Positions 38,301 through 49,208 of a stretch of 64,000 bases of DNA are shown here, in pieces. The notes beneath the pieces were generated by a model, which was not told the origin of the DNA, did no database searches, and saw only the letters and a list, made by a program, of their open reading frames with translations. The DNA is from Selaginella moellendorffii (Eukaryota > Plantae > Lycopodiophyta). Location of the stretch: the NCBI RefSeq assembly GCF_000143415.4, contig NW_003314319.1:710365-774364 (forward strand), given 5' to 3'. The stretch's first letter is position 1. The number at the start of each line of letters is the position of its first letter. The position numbers and the translations under genes were made by a program.

Positions 38301-38400
38301 TGCTCAAGCCGTGAATCGGAGGCAGCCATGTCGGATGCGGAGCTATGAAATCGTGATCTTCTTGCGGGACGGGATCAGTGGAAGAAGTATTCGATCAATC
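32338..38400 (-). pseudogene. Four-domain voltage-gated Ca2+/cation channel (Cav-like) with a C-terminal IQ motif; copy A, 5'-truncated and frameshifted
   Basis: The four pore loops are 'VITLEGW', 'VTMAESW', 'CSTFENW' and 'DTNLDNW'. Other segments are 'RNPYNRLDF', 'HFDNIQNALLSMF', 'FIGVFINEF...LLTERQK' and the IQ motif 'ATKMQALVRGFLAR'. Lesions relative to the sister copies are a frameshift near 33720, a small deletion near 33040 and a lost splice acceptor near 32746. Confidence 0.85.
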
Positions 38401-38785
38401 ACTAGCTAAGCTACATTATGCCTCTTTGTAGGACATCCCTGATGTAGAGGGAGATCTTCATAGCTTGCCACTCAAGCTTTCCCTAGGGCTTCGTGTGTAG
38501 ATTAGATTACGCCATGTACCAAGATAGAGAAAGAATATCCATTTAATTGTCACTTTTAGTCAAAAAGCTTTTGGCCTCAGAAAGGAGAACAACGCTTTTA
38601 AAGAATTTTATCCACACTGGAGCACGGCGACAATGGAGTTAAACCCGCGACCGTTGCTAGTAGCTGTCAGGATTCGAACTCCCGATGGTTTGAACACTGG
38701 ACTGGATTGATGGGCCTTCACGGCGGTGCGTGTGTGTGCCATGCCAGGAGAAGCGCATTGAGCAAGACCAAGATCGGCGCACTGA

Positions 38786-39160
38786 TGTGGATTTGTTGGA
38801 GCGAATGCGAACAGTGAAGCCGGTGCCTGGAATCCGACCATGTTTGCTCTCGGGGTTTTTTATGAGGTGAGGATCGTGCCAGTAGTATTGAACAAGGTAC
38901 CGCATTCTCGTCCAGGATCTTGCGAATGGTCATCTTTCGTTTCTTTTTGCCGCTTTTTCTAGAGTTCGTGGTGTTTCGTTACATGATGGATTACGGCAAC
39001 GGGAGGTGGATCGAGAAATGAGGATCAATCGGAAGAACACGCTCGTGAGTAGAGTTGGAACGAAGAAGGCCAAGAACGCGGTAAGTTTTCTATTGTTTCT
39101 GTTGTTTCTTCGTTTCTTTTCTTACAACTTTTTCTCCAGCTGCAAAGGATGTCGAGAGCT
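38786..39160 (+). pseudogene. RPA49 internal fragment (copy B)
   Basis: Near-identical to parts of 16940-17365 ('GANANSEAGAWNPTMFALG', 'DREMRINRKNTLV'), with deletions. Confidence 0.85.
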
Positions 39161-39164
39161 GATT

Positions 39165-39214
39165 GATATGGGGACGCGCATTTTGATTCTGGAGGCCATG
39201 GAAGGCGAGGACAC
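39165..39214 (+). pseudogene. MAP65 5'-end fragment (copy B)
   Basis: 'gggacgcgcattttgattctggaggccatggaaggcgaggacac' matches 23041-23084. Confidence 0.75.
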
Positions 39215-39227
39215 CACAAGAAGAAAA

Positions 39228-41243
39228 GCGCCGTACGGAGTTCCCCGCAAGACAGAGGCCCTGCAAAAAAATATGTACGGCGTGTTGTTCCTGATGCCAG
39301 GCCATGAACTGCTGGATGAGATGGTGAATGCCCTCTTGGATCCTGAAGCCCCTAGCAAGTGGGTTGGACTCTTTGGAATGGGAGGGTGTGAAAAGACCAC
39401 CCTCGCAAGCCGCGCGCACAATGGCCGGAGGGTGCGGGAGCATTTCCATGACAACATTGTGTGGATCACTGTGAAGAAAGATGCTTCGGAGGACGATCTC
39501 AAGGCCCAGCTCCTCAACGCTCTTGAATGGGGTGAAAGGAAAGAGAGGGCCAGAGGAACCCTTGACGACATGAAGCACTTGGCACGCGATGTTGCTGCTG
39601 GTAACCGTGTCTTGCTGGTACTGGATGATGTCTGGGACTGAAGCTGGGCAAAGGAACTGGATTTTATAGCACGGCCATCCTCTGGCCGGATCCTGGTGAC
39701 AACCAGAAAGGAAGGCATTTTGCGCAGCCTGGATGCAAAGGCATTTCCTGTGCATCAGCTATCAATGGACGAAAGCAAAAAGATGTTTTGGAAGTTTGCC
39801 TTCGGTGTGCATGATCCACAACCCAGTGACCCTGATGTTGTGGGATTTGCCGAGGAAATAGCTCAAAAATGTGAGGGACTTCCTCTAGCCCTGGAAGTGA
39901 TTGGCAGTGCCATGGCTGTCCACAGAAGTGAAGGGCCACATGTGTGGGAAGAACGATATAAGAGGTTGCACTTGTCCAATGACCCAGACGTTGAGAAGCA
40001 GATGTTCAAGCGCTTGAAGTTCAGCTATGACGAGCTGGGAAACTATGAGGGTGAAAAGCTGCAAGAGTGCTTTCTTTATGTGGCCGCATTCCCAGAAGAC
40101 GAGGAGATTGAGTTCACTGACTTGAGGAAATGTTGGATGGAGGTTGGGTCAGAACTCTCACCCACAGCGATTGTCAATGAACTGGAACGGAGATGCCTGG
40201 TCAAAGATAAATAAGTCTTGGGATGACGATGATCGTATAATCGTACACGATATGCTACGCAAACTGTGCATAAGAATCTTAAAAGGGAAGTACGGTCCAC
40301 AGCAAGAGCACGAGAAGGGATGCCTGTTTGGATATGACTGGACAATTGGCATTCGGGATGCAACATTTGCTAAAGTCTCATTCATCTCAAAGAATGTTAG
40401 CAGCTTGCTATCCGATAATCATGTGCGTGATGTCTTACTTCTGGATAAATGTGAAGGACTTTCTAATGTGGATGACAGTTTTATCGATCACATACAAGGT
40501 GTCAAGGTATTGAGCTTGTGGTGATGCTCTAAGATGTGTTTTATTCCAGAGAGCATATCCAAGCTGAAAAACCTTCAAGTGCTTGACATTCAAGGAAATA
40601 TCTAAAAGGTACTACCCAGTGGATGCCGACGAAGTGTAACATTGCATTATTGCCCCAGCTCTCCAACTTGGAAGAGCTGGGGCTGAACGTTAGTTCAAAA
40701 GAGGACTCGTCAGTTTTGGATTTGACTGGAATTTCACGTAAACTAAGACATTTAAATCTAGAGGTACAATGAAGGTGCCAGAAAGCATGGGGACACTGGA
40801 GCATTGAAACATTGGTTTTATGGGTAGACAGCATCGACTTTGCCAGTGTCGTTGGACGATGGCAACTTATCAACCTAACAACATGTGAAATTGATGTGGA
40901 GTCCGTCAGCAGAGCTCCCTTGAAGCTAATGTTTAAGAACTCAGGCTTTAACAGTTTTACATCAATGGGGTAGAAGACAGTGAAAATAGTGATGACAGCT
41001 TTGAATGGTTGCCCCACCGCCTAGAAACACTTGACATTGACTGCGGTGGTATCCACTTGTTCAACCTGGATGGATCATTCACAGTTCTTAGAGATCTGGG
41101 TCTTACTAATCTACACATTGCACAGTCAGAATTCAAGGATGATTTGGCTGCCAGTCTTCCAAATCTAGAGTGTTTGTTCTTTAATCTAGCTCCTGATATT
41201 GAATGGGAGCACTTGCCTCTCTTTGTGACACCAATCGCCTCGT
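39228..41243 (+). pseudogene. NLR copy B, NB-ARC and most of the LRR (N-terminal domain deleted)
   Basis: Paralogue of 29752-31893. The P-loop is mutated (GCEKTT), a TGA follows 'DDVWD' (39639-39641), and there are frameshifts and deletions in the LRR. Confidence 0.92.
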
Positions 41244-41329
41244 AATTCTTTGGGCCTGATGATCATCGGGGGAATGAGTGGGAACCTACCTCATCGGAAA
41301 AACCAAAACAAGGTCCTGGAAGTAGGAAG

Positions 41330-41830
41330 AGGAAAGTGCAATGTGGGGAAACAAACAAGTGAGGATGCATGTGTAACTTCTCCATCAAAATGTTTGTGTT
41401 GTGTCTTCAAATGGATGTATTGTTGTATGGAACACGATGATGCTCAAGGAAGGATATGTCACGGGCCAGAACATGTTACAGCTCCTATCTCTGCCACTGT
41501 AGCTCCACGACTATCAAAGCAGAAGATCAAGTGGGTTGAAGAGCGTCTTTGGAGAGGCTTCAGTGCCGCACAGGTTTATAAGGAGCATCAACAAATTGTA
41601 GTTGCTACAGAAGCCCGGGATGCCTCTAAGTAGGGACGATTGCATGGTCTTTCGAGATGTGAAGAATATCTATGATAGAACTATCGGCGATATTTGGAAG
41701 CTGCACGAGGATGATAGTACTAGCGTGGATATGTAGACGGAGCAAAATCGTGAGAATGTGGTTTTTTATCAACGTCAGGTTGGAGAGGCAACTCTTATAC
41801 TAATGATTCAGACACCAACGCAACACAAAA
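41330..41830 (+). mobile_element. MULE/SWIM-type transposase-like fragment (degenerate)
   Basis: Segments read 'CHGPEH...APRLSKQKIKWVEERLWRGFSAAQVYKEH' and 'DVKNIYDR...WKLHEDDSTSVDM*TEQNRENVVFYQRQ...LILMIQTPTQ'. They resemble the region preceding the MULE catalytic domain; recognised from memory only. Confidence 0.5.
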
Positions 41831-41899
41831 CGTTGGGAACGAAACAGGACAGCTTCATAATTCCCAGTGGCCTCTGAAGGGGAAAACCGTCATGGCTTG

Positions 41900-42180
41900 C
41901 GATTCCCAGTGTCTAAGGTAACATGCATCAGGAGATGGCTTCAAGATTCACAGCAAGGGTTTCATTGTTCTTTTGGTGGCAGATCTTGCAGCGAGCGGAC
42001 ATCCTTTCGGCTCTAGCACTTGATTCCCAGTGTCTAGGGTAACCTGCATCAGGAGATGGCTTTACGATTCACAGCAAGGGTTCAGTCTTTTCATCTTTTG
42101 CAGTATTGTGGCTTCAGATCAGTTTCTAGGGCAACATGCAGCAGGAGATGGCTTCAAGATCACAAATTCAACAAGGGCTC
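41900..42180. repeat. Degenerate tandem repeat, about 3 units of 100-120 bp
   Basis: 'cagtgtcta(a/g)ggtaac(a/c)tgcatcaggagatggctt...attcacagcaaggg' recurs at about 41907, 42028 and 42120. Confidence 0.7.
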
Positions 42181-43270
42181 CGTCTTTTGTCTCTTTGGAC
42201 CGGCAACGGCATTTCTTTATCTACATCGCACATGTTGGGGGTGAGGAGCAGGTTTGTGAGGAATGAGAGCTGCGGGCAATCATGCTGATGCAGTATCTAG
42301 GGTTGATCTGGTTCTTCGATTTTGCTGGTTGGGGTTTGTGGGCACAAAAGGGATTCAGTTTGCACGGATTTTTCCACAGTTCAGCATCTTTCGACCGTAG
42401 TAATCTTCGACACATGATTCCACAGCCCTTAGGGTTTCTTCTCGAGCTTGGCAGTGTTTAGTGGAAATGCATCTCTGCATGGTGTTTTGGCAATCAGTAT
42501 TCGGTTGGAGCATGGTACGTATGTACAGCACGGCTGAACTAGCATCGTACTTTGCTTTTGGAGAACTCACATCAACAATCAATGATCTCAAGATGAACTG
42601 GAGGAGTTCGGGATCACACCAAGGGTTTGTGAGAGTAGCTTATCAGGTACTTCTTGCTTGTTTTCTTTTCCCTAGACTAGAGCTTAGGTGGTTAAAACAA
42701 GCCTTGTGAATTGATGTAAGCATACACAAATTATATGCAAAATACATACTGGATAACTGTACTTTTTTTATTATATCAATTTAGGATCTTAGAACATTTT
42801 TTGTGGTGACTAAGTGTGGGCTATAAAATCCATGGGAAGGAATCTAAATGGCATAGGCAAGGAACACTAATGTGTTAGATGTTAAACCAATTTTATTTTC
42901 TTTTGTAAGTGAGGAAGGCAGAAAACTTTTCATTTGTGGGCCATAGGAAGGATTGTGATGCAAGTCTCATGGGAAGTTTTGTGGAGATAAACCTAGTTGA
43001 CTTTGTTATTTAAAATCTGAGCTGGTTATTCACTCCAAGATTCAAAGAAAATGAAGTGTAGTAGGCTTGAATTTGATAATAAGAGTTGGGTATAGTGCTT
43101 TAGTAGGCTTGACTTTTACTGATTGATGGATGATAACAAAATGTATTAAAATGAATTTGATCAGTTACAAGAATATTCTACCAACTGCATGCCTGCTCCC
43201 TCTCTGTTAAATAGGGGCAAACTATTTTGATAAATTACAATAATTCAAAATAGAAGATATTACTCTTCTT

Positions 43271-44296
43271 ATGTTCATGATTTGCTCTTCTCTCATACTA
43301 TTTCCATCTGCAGCTGTAGAACTTTGCAATTACACCATTGAGTTTTATGATTTGTCAAGCGGCCTTCGTATCAGATGCAATGAACAGAGTGCTTCAGTCA
43401 AGCTCTCAAATCTCAATGGCAACTCTGCCCAAGTCACTGGCTTGAAAGGCTCTTTCTGTGGAGGGAATTCTGCAACAGTCATGGCACCTTGTTACTACTG
43501 CATTATCACTATAAACGTCTCCCCTCAAAGAATGGTTCCAGGCTTGGTGATGGTTTCTGGCGAAGGAATGTTGGAAAATGAGTACTTCTTCCGTTTTTCA
43601 AGTGAAGTGCTCACTAAGTGTCCCGGTTTCAACGTCGCTAGTGATTTTGCCATTGGCTTCAATCGGCAGTTTTTCCTCTTTCCAACAACATGCATGTACA
43701 ATTCAAGATCAAATCTCCTGATGTGTCCTGGTTGCTCAGCTTCGGGGACAGTAAATAATTCTTTATCATATCCTTCACAAATTCAAACTAACATTTTTCA
43801 ACTTTTTTTGGCTTATATTTCAACTTAGTGCTCGTATTCCATCAAGCTGGATGCCCAGACATTGTTCCTATGTGTCACAAGTTAGAAGATTGAGGTGTCA
43901 ATCTACAACAATTACGATAGAAATGTTGGGTGGGGATCTGGGGAGTCTGCAGCTTATGTAGCATCTCACAGTGACTTTCAGCAAGGAATCACCGTCGTTG
44001 GGCGATGCGTGGATTTTTGTGCAGTCAGGGTTCAGATATATGATACAAGTTGCTCATATCAAGTGAATCGGGTGAATGTTATGGGTTCAAACAACATCTC
44101 TCGTACTTTCCAGGTTGGTGAAACCTTAAGCCCAAACCAAGTCATCTTCCAGAGGAACTATGCTTCAGTATACAGAACTCAGTGCAATCGGCCTAATCCA
44201 TACCCCATCATGATTGGTGGAACAACTGTACTCGTTCCAAGGGCCTGTGAAACTAACTTTACTGCTACACCAACTAGAATCACATGTCTATGCTAA
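43271..44296 (+). pseudogene. Secreted Cys-rich protein with two tandem ATS3 (embryo-specific protein 3)/PLAT-like domains; one in-frame stop
   Basis: Signal-like N-terminus; exons 43271-43750 and 43829-44296 with a phase-0 GT-AG intron. The domains start 'CNYTIEF' and 'CSYSIKL', and each has an internal 'APC..C/GRC...C' Cys pair. An in-frame TAG lies at 43883-43885. Confidence 0.55.
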
Positions 44297-44374
44297 GGAA
44301 ACTTAAGCATGGAAATAATAAAAATAATGGGGGGCCAGTCCTACGAAAACAGTCAGACCTGAATTTCAGTATAA

Positions 44375-45164
44375 TGTTGAGTATTTAGGTCATCCTAGTG
44401 TGCCATGTGGAGTGGACACATCAGCTAGTTAAGAGTTGTGACCTTTTGTTCATTGCTGAATATACTTATTATAATGCATCAGAGACTTCTTCCAGAATTC
44501 CTACATGGTATCAGAGACTGAGTTTTGCTGATATTTAGAGAGCCCTATGGAGAAATAAGATGGTAGCGATCCAGATGAACCACCCGATGTGGTGGAAAGA
44601 TGAAAGCATAAAGATGAAAGCATTCAGATGATGCTTTCAGCATGAGGAACAACTCAGATTCTGGCCTGGTGAGTGATTTGAGTTAACAGAGGATCTAGGC
44701 AATGGAGGATTCCCTTTTCTGGTAGATTGTTTGCATCCCATGTGCTAGAAGCCGAGAACGAGATGGTGCTGAGATTGCAATTGGTGGCAGGAGAGAAATG
44801 CCAGGGCCACGGAGTGCTCAGACTGGTCACACGGGGGAATGTCAGCCAAAGGAACAGTGACATCCAATTGGGTAGGAACCCATCAGGTGCCCTAATAGAA
44901 AGAGGGAGAGAGCAGCAATGAGAGATGAATTGCCCACAATCTGCAGAGCATAGATACAGTTTCTTGAAAGCTGCATGTCATAAGGATTTTCCCAGGCTCA
45001 TGTCAGATGAGGATTTAGGCCCTCTTATGACATGAGTGTATCATGTGGAATGGACACATCAACAATCATGGTAATTAAGAGTTGTGACATTTCGTTAATT
45101 GCTGTATATACTTATTATAATGCAATGATGATCGAATTGTGACCCTTCATCTAGATTTCCAACA
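44375..45164 (+). mobile_element. Small non-autonomous LTR retroelement (TRIM-like or internally deleted), about 790 bp
   Basis: The 5' LTR (44375-44505, TG...CA) is immediately followed by the tRNA-Met PBS TGGTATCAGAG (44506-44516). A diverged 3' LTR (about 45005-45164) shares 'catgtgga.tggacacatca...ttaagagttgtgac...tatacttattataatgca' and ends in CA. The flanks TATAA/AATAA match 4 of 5 bases as a TSD. Confidence 0.8.
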
Positions 45165-45444
45165 AATAAAACTTTGTGTGATGTTATGTTCTATCATTCA
45201 AAATGATAAAGCTTATTAAATTTGAATATTCATCGAATTTCTAGCAACTAAAACCAGAGTTAATGAACCATAATGAGGATAGATTGATTTTTGTTTTTGA
45301 AAATGCCGGACAATAAAACTAAAATCATTGACTTATAAATCTTAAACCCTAAACACTTAATTAATCCACTTTTAATTTGTTTAGCTTTTTCAGATTTTGC
45401 TTAATTTAAATAAACACATTTAAGCCTTAAAGCAGCTTTACATT

Positions 45445-46209
45445 AACCTTCTACCGATGAGATAATTAGACCCTGAGTGCAAAACAGCGGAACATTAGTA
45501 TCATCAAACGGGTAAGTCTTTGCCCGAGGACAACACTCCTTGAACAGCAAACTGAACTGATTTGGATGGCATTTATCCTCCCAAGAACTCATCCTCGCAG
45601 CAAAACTCATCAGCGCCAAACGCTAAGCAAGGACTGTTGCAAGCAACTGGAGTTCCCCTCGAATTCCAAACCAGCAGCTCCGAAGGACACCGCGAATTCA
45701 AGTCGCAGCTGCAGCCACCACTGAGGCAAACCGGATTGCTGCTTGAAACTTTCACCGCCAAGTTGTAGCCTTCGACCAGAGAGACGCTGTACTCGTCGAT
45801 GAAATCGCGATGGAGCTCGAACTCGACTGTGGTGGCCGGGGGCGAATAAGTGCTATTGCATCCGATTGCGTTTGAGCAATCTCCTGTTTCGCAGCAGCCT
45901 GTGCCTAGAACTGTGTCAAACTGACAATTGGGGCGTCCCCAGAACTTGCCTGACCATCCCGTCGAAGCATAAACGTCAAAGAGTTGCCATGAGTCTAGCT
46001 TTGATCCTCCCTTTCCCAGCTGCGGATGACCGGAGTTTGGTAACCACGCAGGCCAAACGGGGAATGGACATGCGTTCTAGAGACGAATCCTTGTTGCTTC
46101 GGTTGCTGGTAACGACGATTGAGTGAACACAGAAAACAGAAGCAGGGAGATGCTTACCACTTCCGAAGATCAAAAGCTGAAGAAGCTTGAAGCTTGAAGG
46201 CGATTTCAT
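45445..46209 (-). pseudogene. Thaumatin-like (PR-5) gene, disrupted
   Basis: Segments include 'NACPFPVWPAW', 'WSGKFWGRPNC...CETGDC', 'YSVSLVEGYNL' and 'VACNSPCLAFGADEFCC'. There is an in-frame TAG near 46078 and further frameshifts and a stop. Confidence 0.88.
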
Positions 46210-46402
46210 TGCTTCCGTAATGCCTCCTCTTCTGCAAAAGCTTTTGTACCAGGGGAAAGGAAAAGTAAAGCTGCTGATGCTGTCGTTCACTTGTAGCTAG
46301 AGTTGTCTCCACGTAAAGCACCTGAAACCACAAACACCTGAAACTTCAGTCACAAGCATTACCGTAGTTTAAAGGCTTCCAAATGCAAACTCCAGAATCC
46401 AA

Positions 46403-47264
46403 ATGGCTTCCTTCCTCCCTCCTTCTGCCTTGACTAGCGTATGACGATGAAAAATTATAACTCTTCTTGTAGATCTTTGTCCAAGTTCTTTGCCGTTCGA
46501 AGTTCTTGTTTGCGATTCCTTTTCGTTACTGACTTCAGCCTGTTCTTGCAGGAGCTGCAGAAGGAGCCCGCTTCAAGGTTAGCCTTTACAACAACTGCCC
46601 TTACCCCATGGGTTTCCGCAACAGACGAGGTTGCTCTTTGTCCAGAAGGAACTCTGTTGAACGTTTCGCAGTCTTACACTCTGTATCCATCGACTCGTTG
46701 GTCGGGGAGTTTCTGGGGACGCACTGCACTGATTGCATCTTCAACATGACTTCCGGCCATGGAAGCTGCGAAACTGGGGACTGCAACGGAAGCTTTGGAT
46801 GCCGGAAGCTCGGAACAAGTCCAATAACCATCGCCGAGTTTGCACCATATTCAACTTCCACGCTCAGATATCACGTCTCCCTTCTCAAAGGATTCAACGT
46901 TTCCATGGGATTCTCCACAGACAACACCACCACCATTCCCATCTGCAAATCCGTAGGCTGCCCCTGCGATGCCACACAGCGTTGTCCCGAAGCGCTGAAC
47001 TTCAACGTGAAAAATCAGAAAATCGGCTGCTTCAGCCCCTGCGATCTTCTCAAAGATGACAGGTTCTGCTGCAGAGGCAACTTCACCGATGCAGCTTGCC
47101 AGGCTAATGAATACTCAGAGTATTTCCAGGATACCTGTAAGGACGCAGTTACATATCCCAACGATTTCAACAATACCAGGATCACTTGCAGTACGAGCTC
47201 GAGCTATATCATCACCTTCTGTCCGGACGAGACAATTCCAAGCCTTCGAGTGGCTGCAATATAA
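46403..47264 (+). pseudogene. Thaumatin-like (PR-5) gene, probably disrupted (compensating frameshifts)
   Basis: Segments include 'YNNCPYP', 'GSCETGDCNG', 'YHVSLLKGFNV', 'GCFSPC...RFCCRG' and 'YIITFCP'. The conserved 'WSGSFWGRT' lies in a different frame, and the first-exon phase does not match the best acceptor. Confidence 0.8.
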
Positions 47265-47559
47265 CTGCTCAGGAACAAATTGTGTGTTGTATCTGGTGGT
47301 AAAATAAGTGGGAATACAGATTACTGTGAAAAACACAGTATCGTAAAAAGAAAATTCAGAGTAATCCTTAGAAAATAAGCAAGCCTGTAAAACGCGCACA
47401 GTTCAGATCAAAGATCAAGAGATTCAAGCAAACAGACCTTTCAGACTATCGTCAATTCAAAAACCGGAGTCACGGAAAATATGTCCATCAGAACCGCGCA
47501 TTATCCAAAGCCTTCTATGGAAATGGGAAACAAAAAACAGCTTGAAAAATAAACAGTTT

Positions 47560-48745
47560 GGCATCTTTCGACCGTAGTAATCTCGACACATGATTCCACG
47601 GATTGTACTTCGCTTTTGGAGAACTCATATCAACCATCAATGATCTTGAGATGAACTGGAGGCGTTCGGGATCACACCTTGATGCTGTACTTGGGGGTTT
47701 GTGAGAAAGGCTTATCAGGTACTTCTCGCACTTGTTTTCCTTTTCCTCAGCAGCAATTCCCCCCTTCGGGCATCTTTATGACATCCTCCACGGTACGAAC
47801 ACGTTTGATTTATGCTCGTCGGAAGTGGTGCTCCAGTTTGGGTTTACCAAAGTGGCAGTGTGGTAGGATTTTTGGAGGGGTGTTGCAAGTTTAGTGAGCT
47901 CTGAACATGTGTCTTTGTACATGGAGATATTCGCTGTGGTGGTGCATGAAGTTGTTGAAGACTTGGCCACAGTTTTTTTGAGAAGTTTACAACAGTATCC
48001 TAGTATCCTGTCGAAGAGCGGTAAAGGTCTGAAGTAACTTAGCTAAAATCCATAGAATATCTCGTCACTGTTTCTACGAGTGCAGTGTATCATTTAATTT
48101 TTATGGAATTATACACACTTCACTTGAACAGCAAACTAAACTGATTTGGATGACATTTCTCCAGCCTGAAGAACTCATCCTCGCAGCAAAACTCATCAGT
48201 GCTGAACACCAAGCCAGGGCTGTTGCAAGCAACTGGAGTCCTCAGATCAAAGATCAAAGATCAAAAGATTCAAGAACCTTTCAGACTATCTTCATTTCAA
48301 AAAGTAACGGTCGTGAGCTGATCAAAAGCAGCGATTGGTGAGCAAGCCATATCCACTGGAAAAACACTTATACTTCGGAGGGATACCATTAGCGACTAGA
48401 GCTTCGGTGGTTAAAACAAGCCCTGTAATTCTGAATTGACGTAAGCATACACAAATTATATGCAAACTATATACTGGATAACTGTACTTTTTTAATCATA
48501 TCAATTTGGGATCTTGGAACATTTTTTGAAGCCTAGTTGACTTTGTTATTTAAAATCTGAGCTGGTTATTCAGTCCAAGATTCAAAGAAAATGAAGTGTA
48601 GTAGGCTTGAATTTGATAATAGGAGTTGGGTATAGTGTTTTAGTAGGCTTGACTTTTACTGATTGATGGATGATAACAAAATGTATTAAAATGAATTAAT
48701 AGATCAGTTGCGAGAAGATTCTGCCGGCTGCATGCCTGCTGCCTG
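47560..48745. repeat. Patchwork local duplication of pieces from 42384-43197, 45540-45655 and 47404-47450
   Basis: Examples: 'gcatctttcgaccgtagtaatc' at about 42384 and 47561; 'cctagttgactttgttatttaaaatctgagctgg' at about 42992 and 48532; a thaumatin 3' piece re-occurs at about 48124-48240. Confidence 0.8.
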
Positions 48746-48766
48746 CCTGCCCCCGTCTAAGTAAGT

Positions 48767-49123
48767 GGTTGCATAAAGAGACTGTTGTTGCCAACCGAGA
48801 AGTCATCACTCAAAGCTCAAAAACTTTCACTATCGTGCAGGAAGATGCAAAATGATTTCTTTGAGCCATCAGATCAAATGACTGATATAGAAGACGTGTG
48901 GTTGAGCTGTGATGAGAGTATCGTTCCATCGTCCATTGCATTGCTGCCAGGTTTGAAACGTCTTGGAATTTTTAGGCCAAGCATGATACTTAACGATGCA
49001 CTGTGGTCCCACAATCACAGCCAGGGCGCACTTCCCAGGCTGGAAGGGGTAAACTGCCCGGAAGGAATGAAAATTCCACCTTGGCTTGAGGACCGCCCCA
49101 ATCTCAAGAGACATAAGTCTTAA
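48767..49123 (+). pseudogene. NLR copy B, C-terminal LRR fragment (continuation after the 7.5-kb insertion)
   Basis: 'GCIKRLLLPTEKSSL...MQNDFFEPSDQM...PPWLEDRP' matches 31911-32252. Confidence 0.92.
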
Positions 49124-49208
49124 TTTCCGAAGCATTTTGTTATACGAACGTCTGTAGTTTGACATATTTCTCCTCTAAATCAATATATACAAAACTGTGA
49201 CTGCACCA

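Noticed and set aside
32338-38400. Channel copy A as a functional gene
   Set aside because: It has frameshifts, a deleted splice acceptor and a 5' truncation relative to copies B and C.
47600-48050. Minus-strand protein-like remnant, also partly at 42355-42670
   Set aside because: It is interrupted by stops and I do not recognise a family, so support is insufficient to annotate it.
41244-48766. Calling the insertion a Helitron or Pack-MULE outright
   Set aside because: I could not find convincing 5'-TC/3'-CTRR plus hairpin termini, long TIRs or a TSD. It is kept only as a hypothesis.
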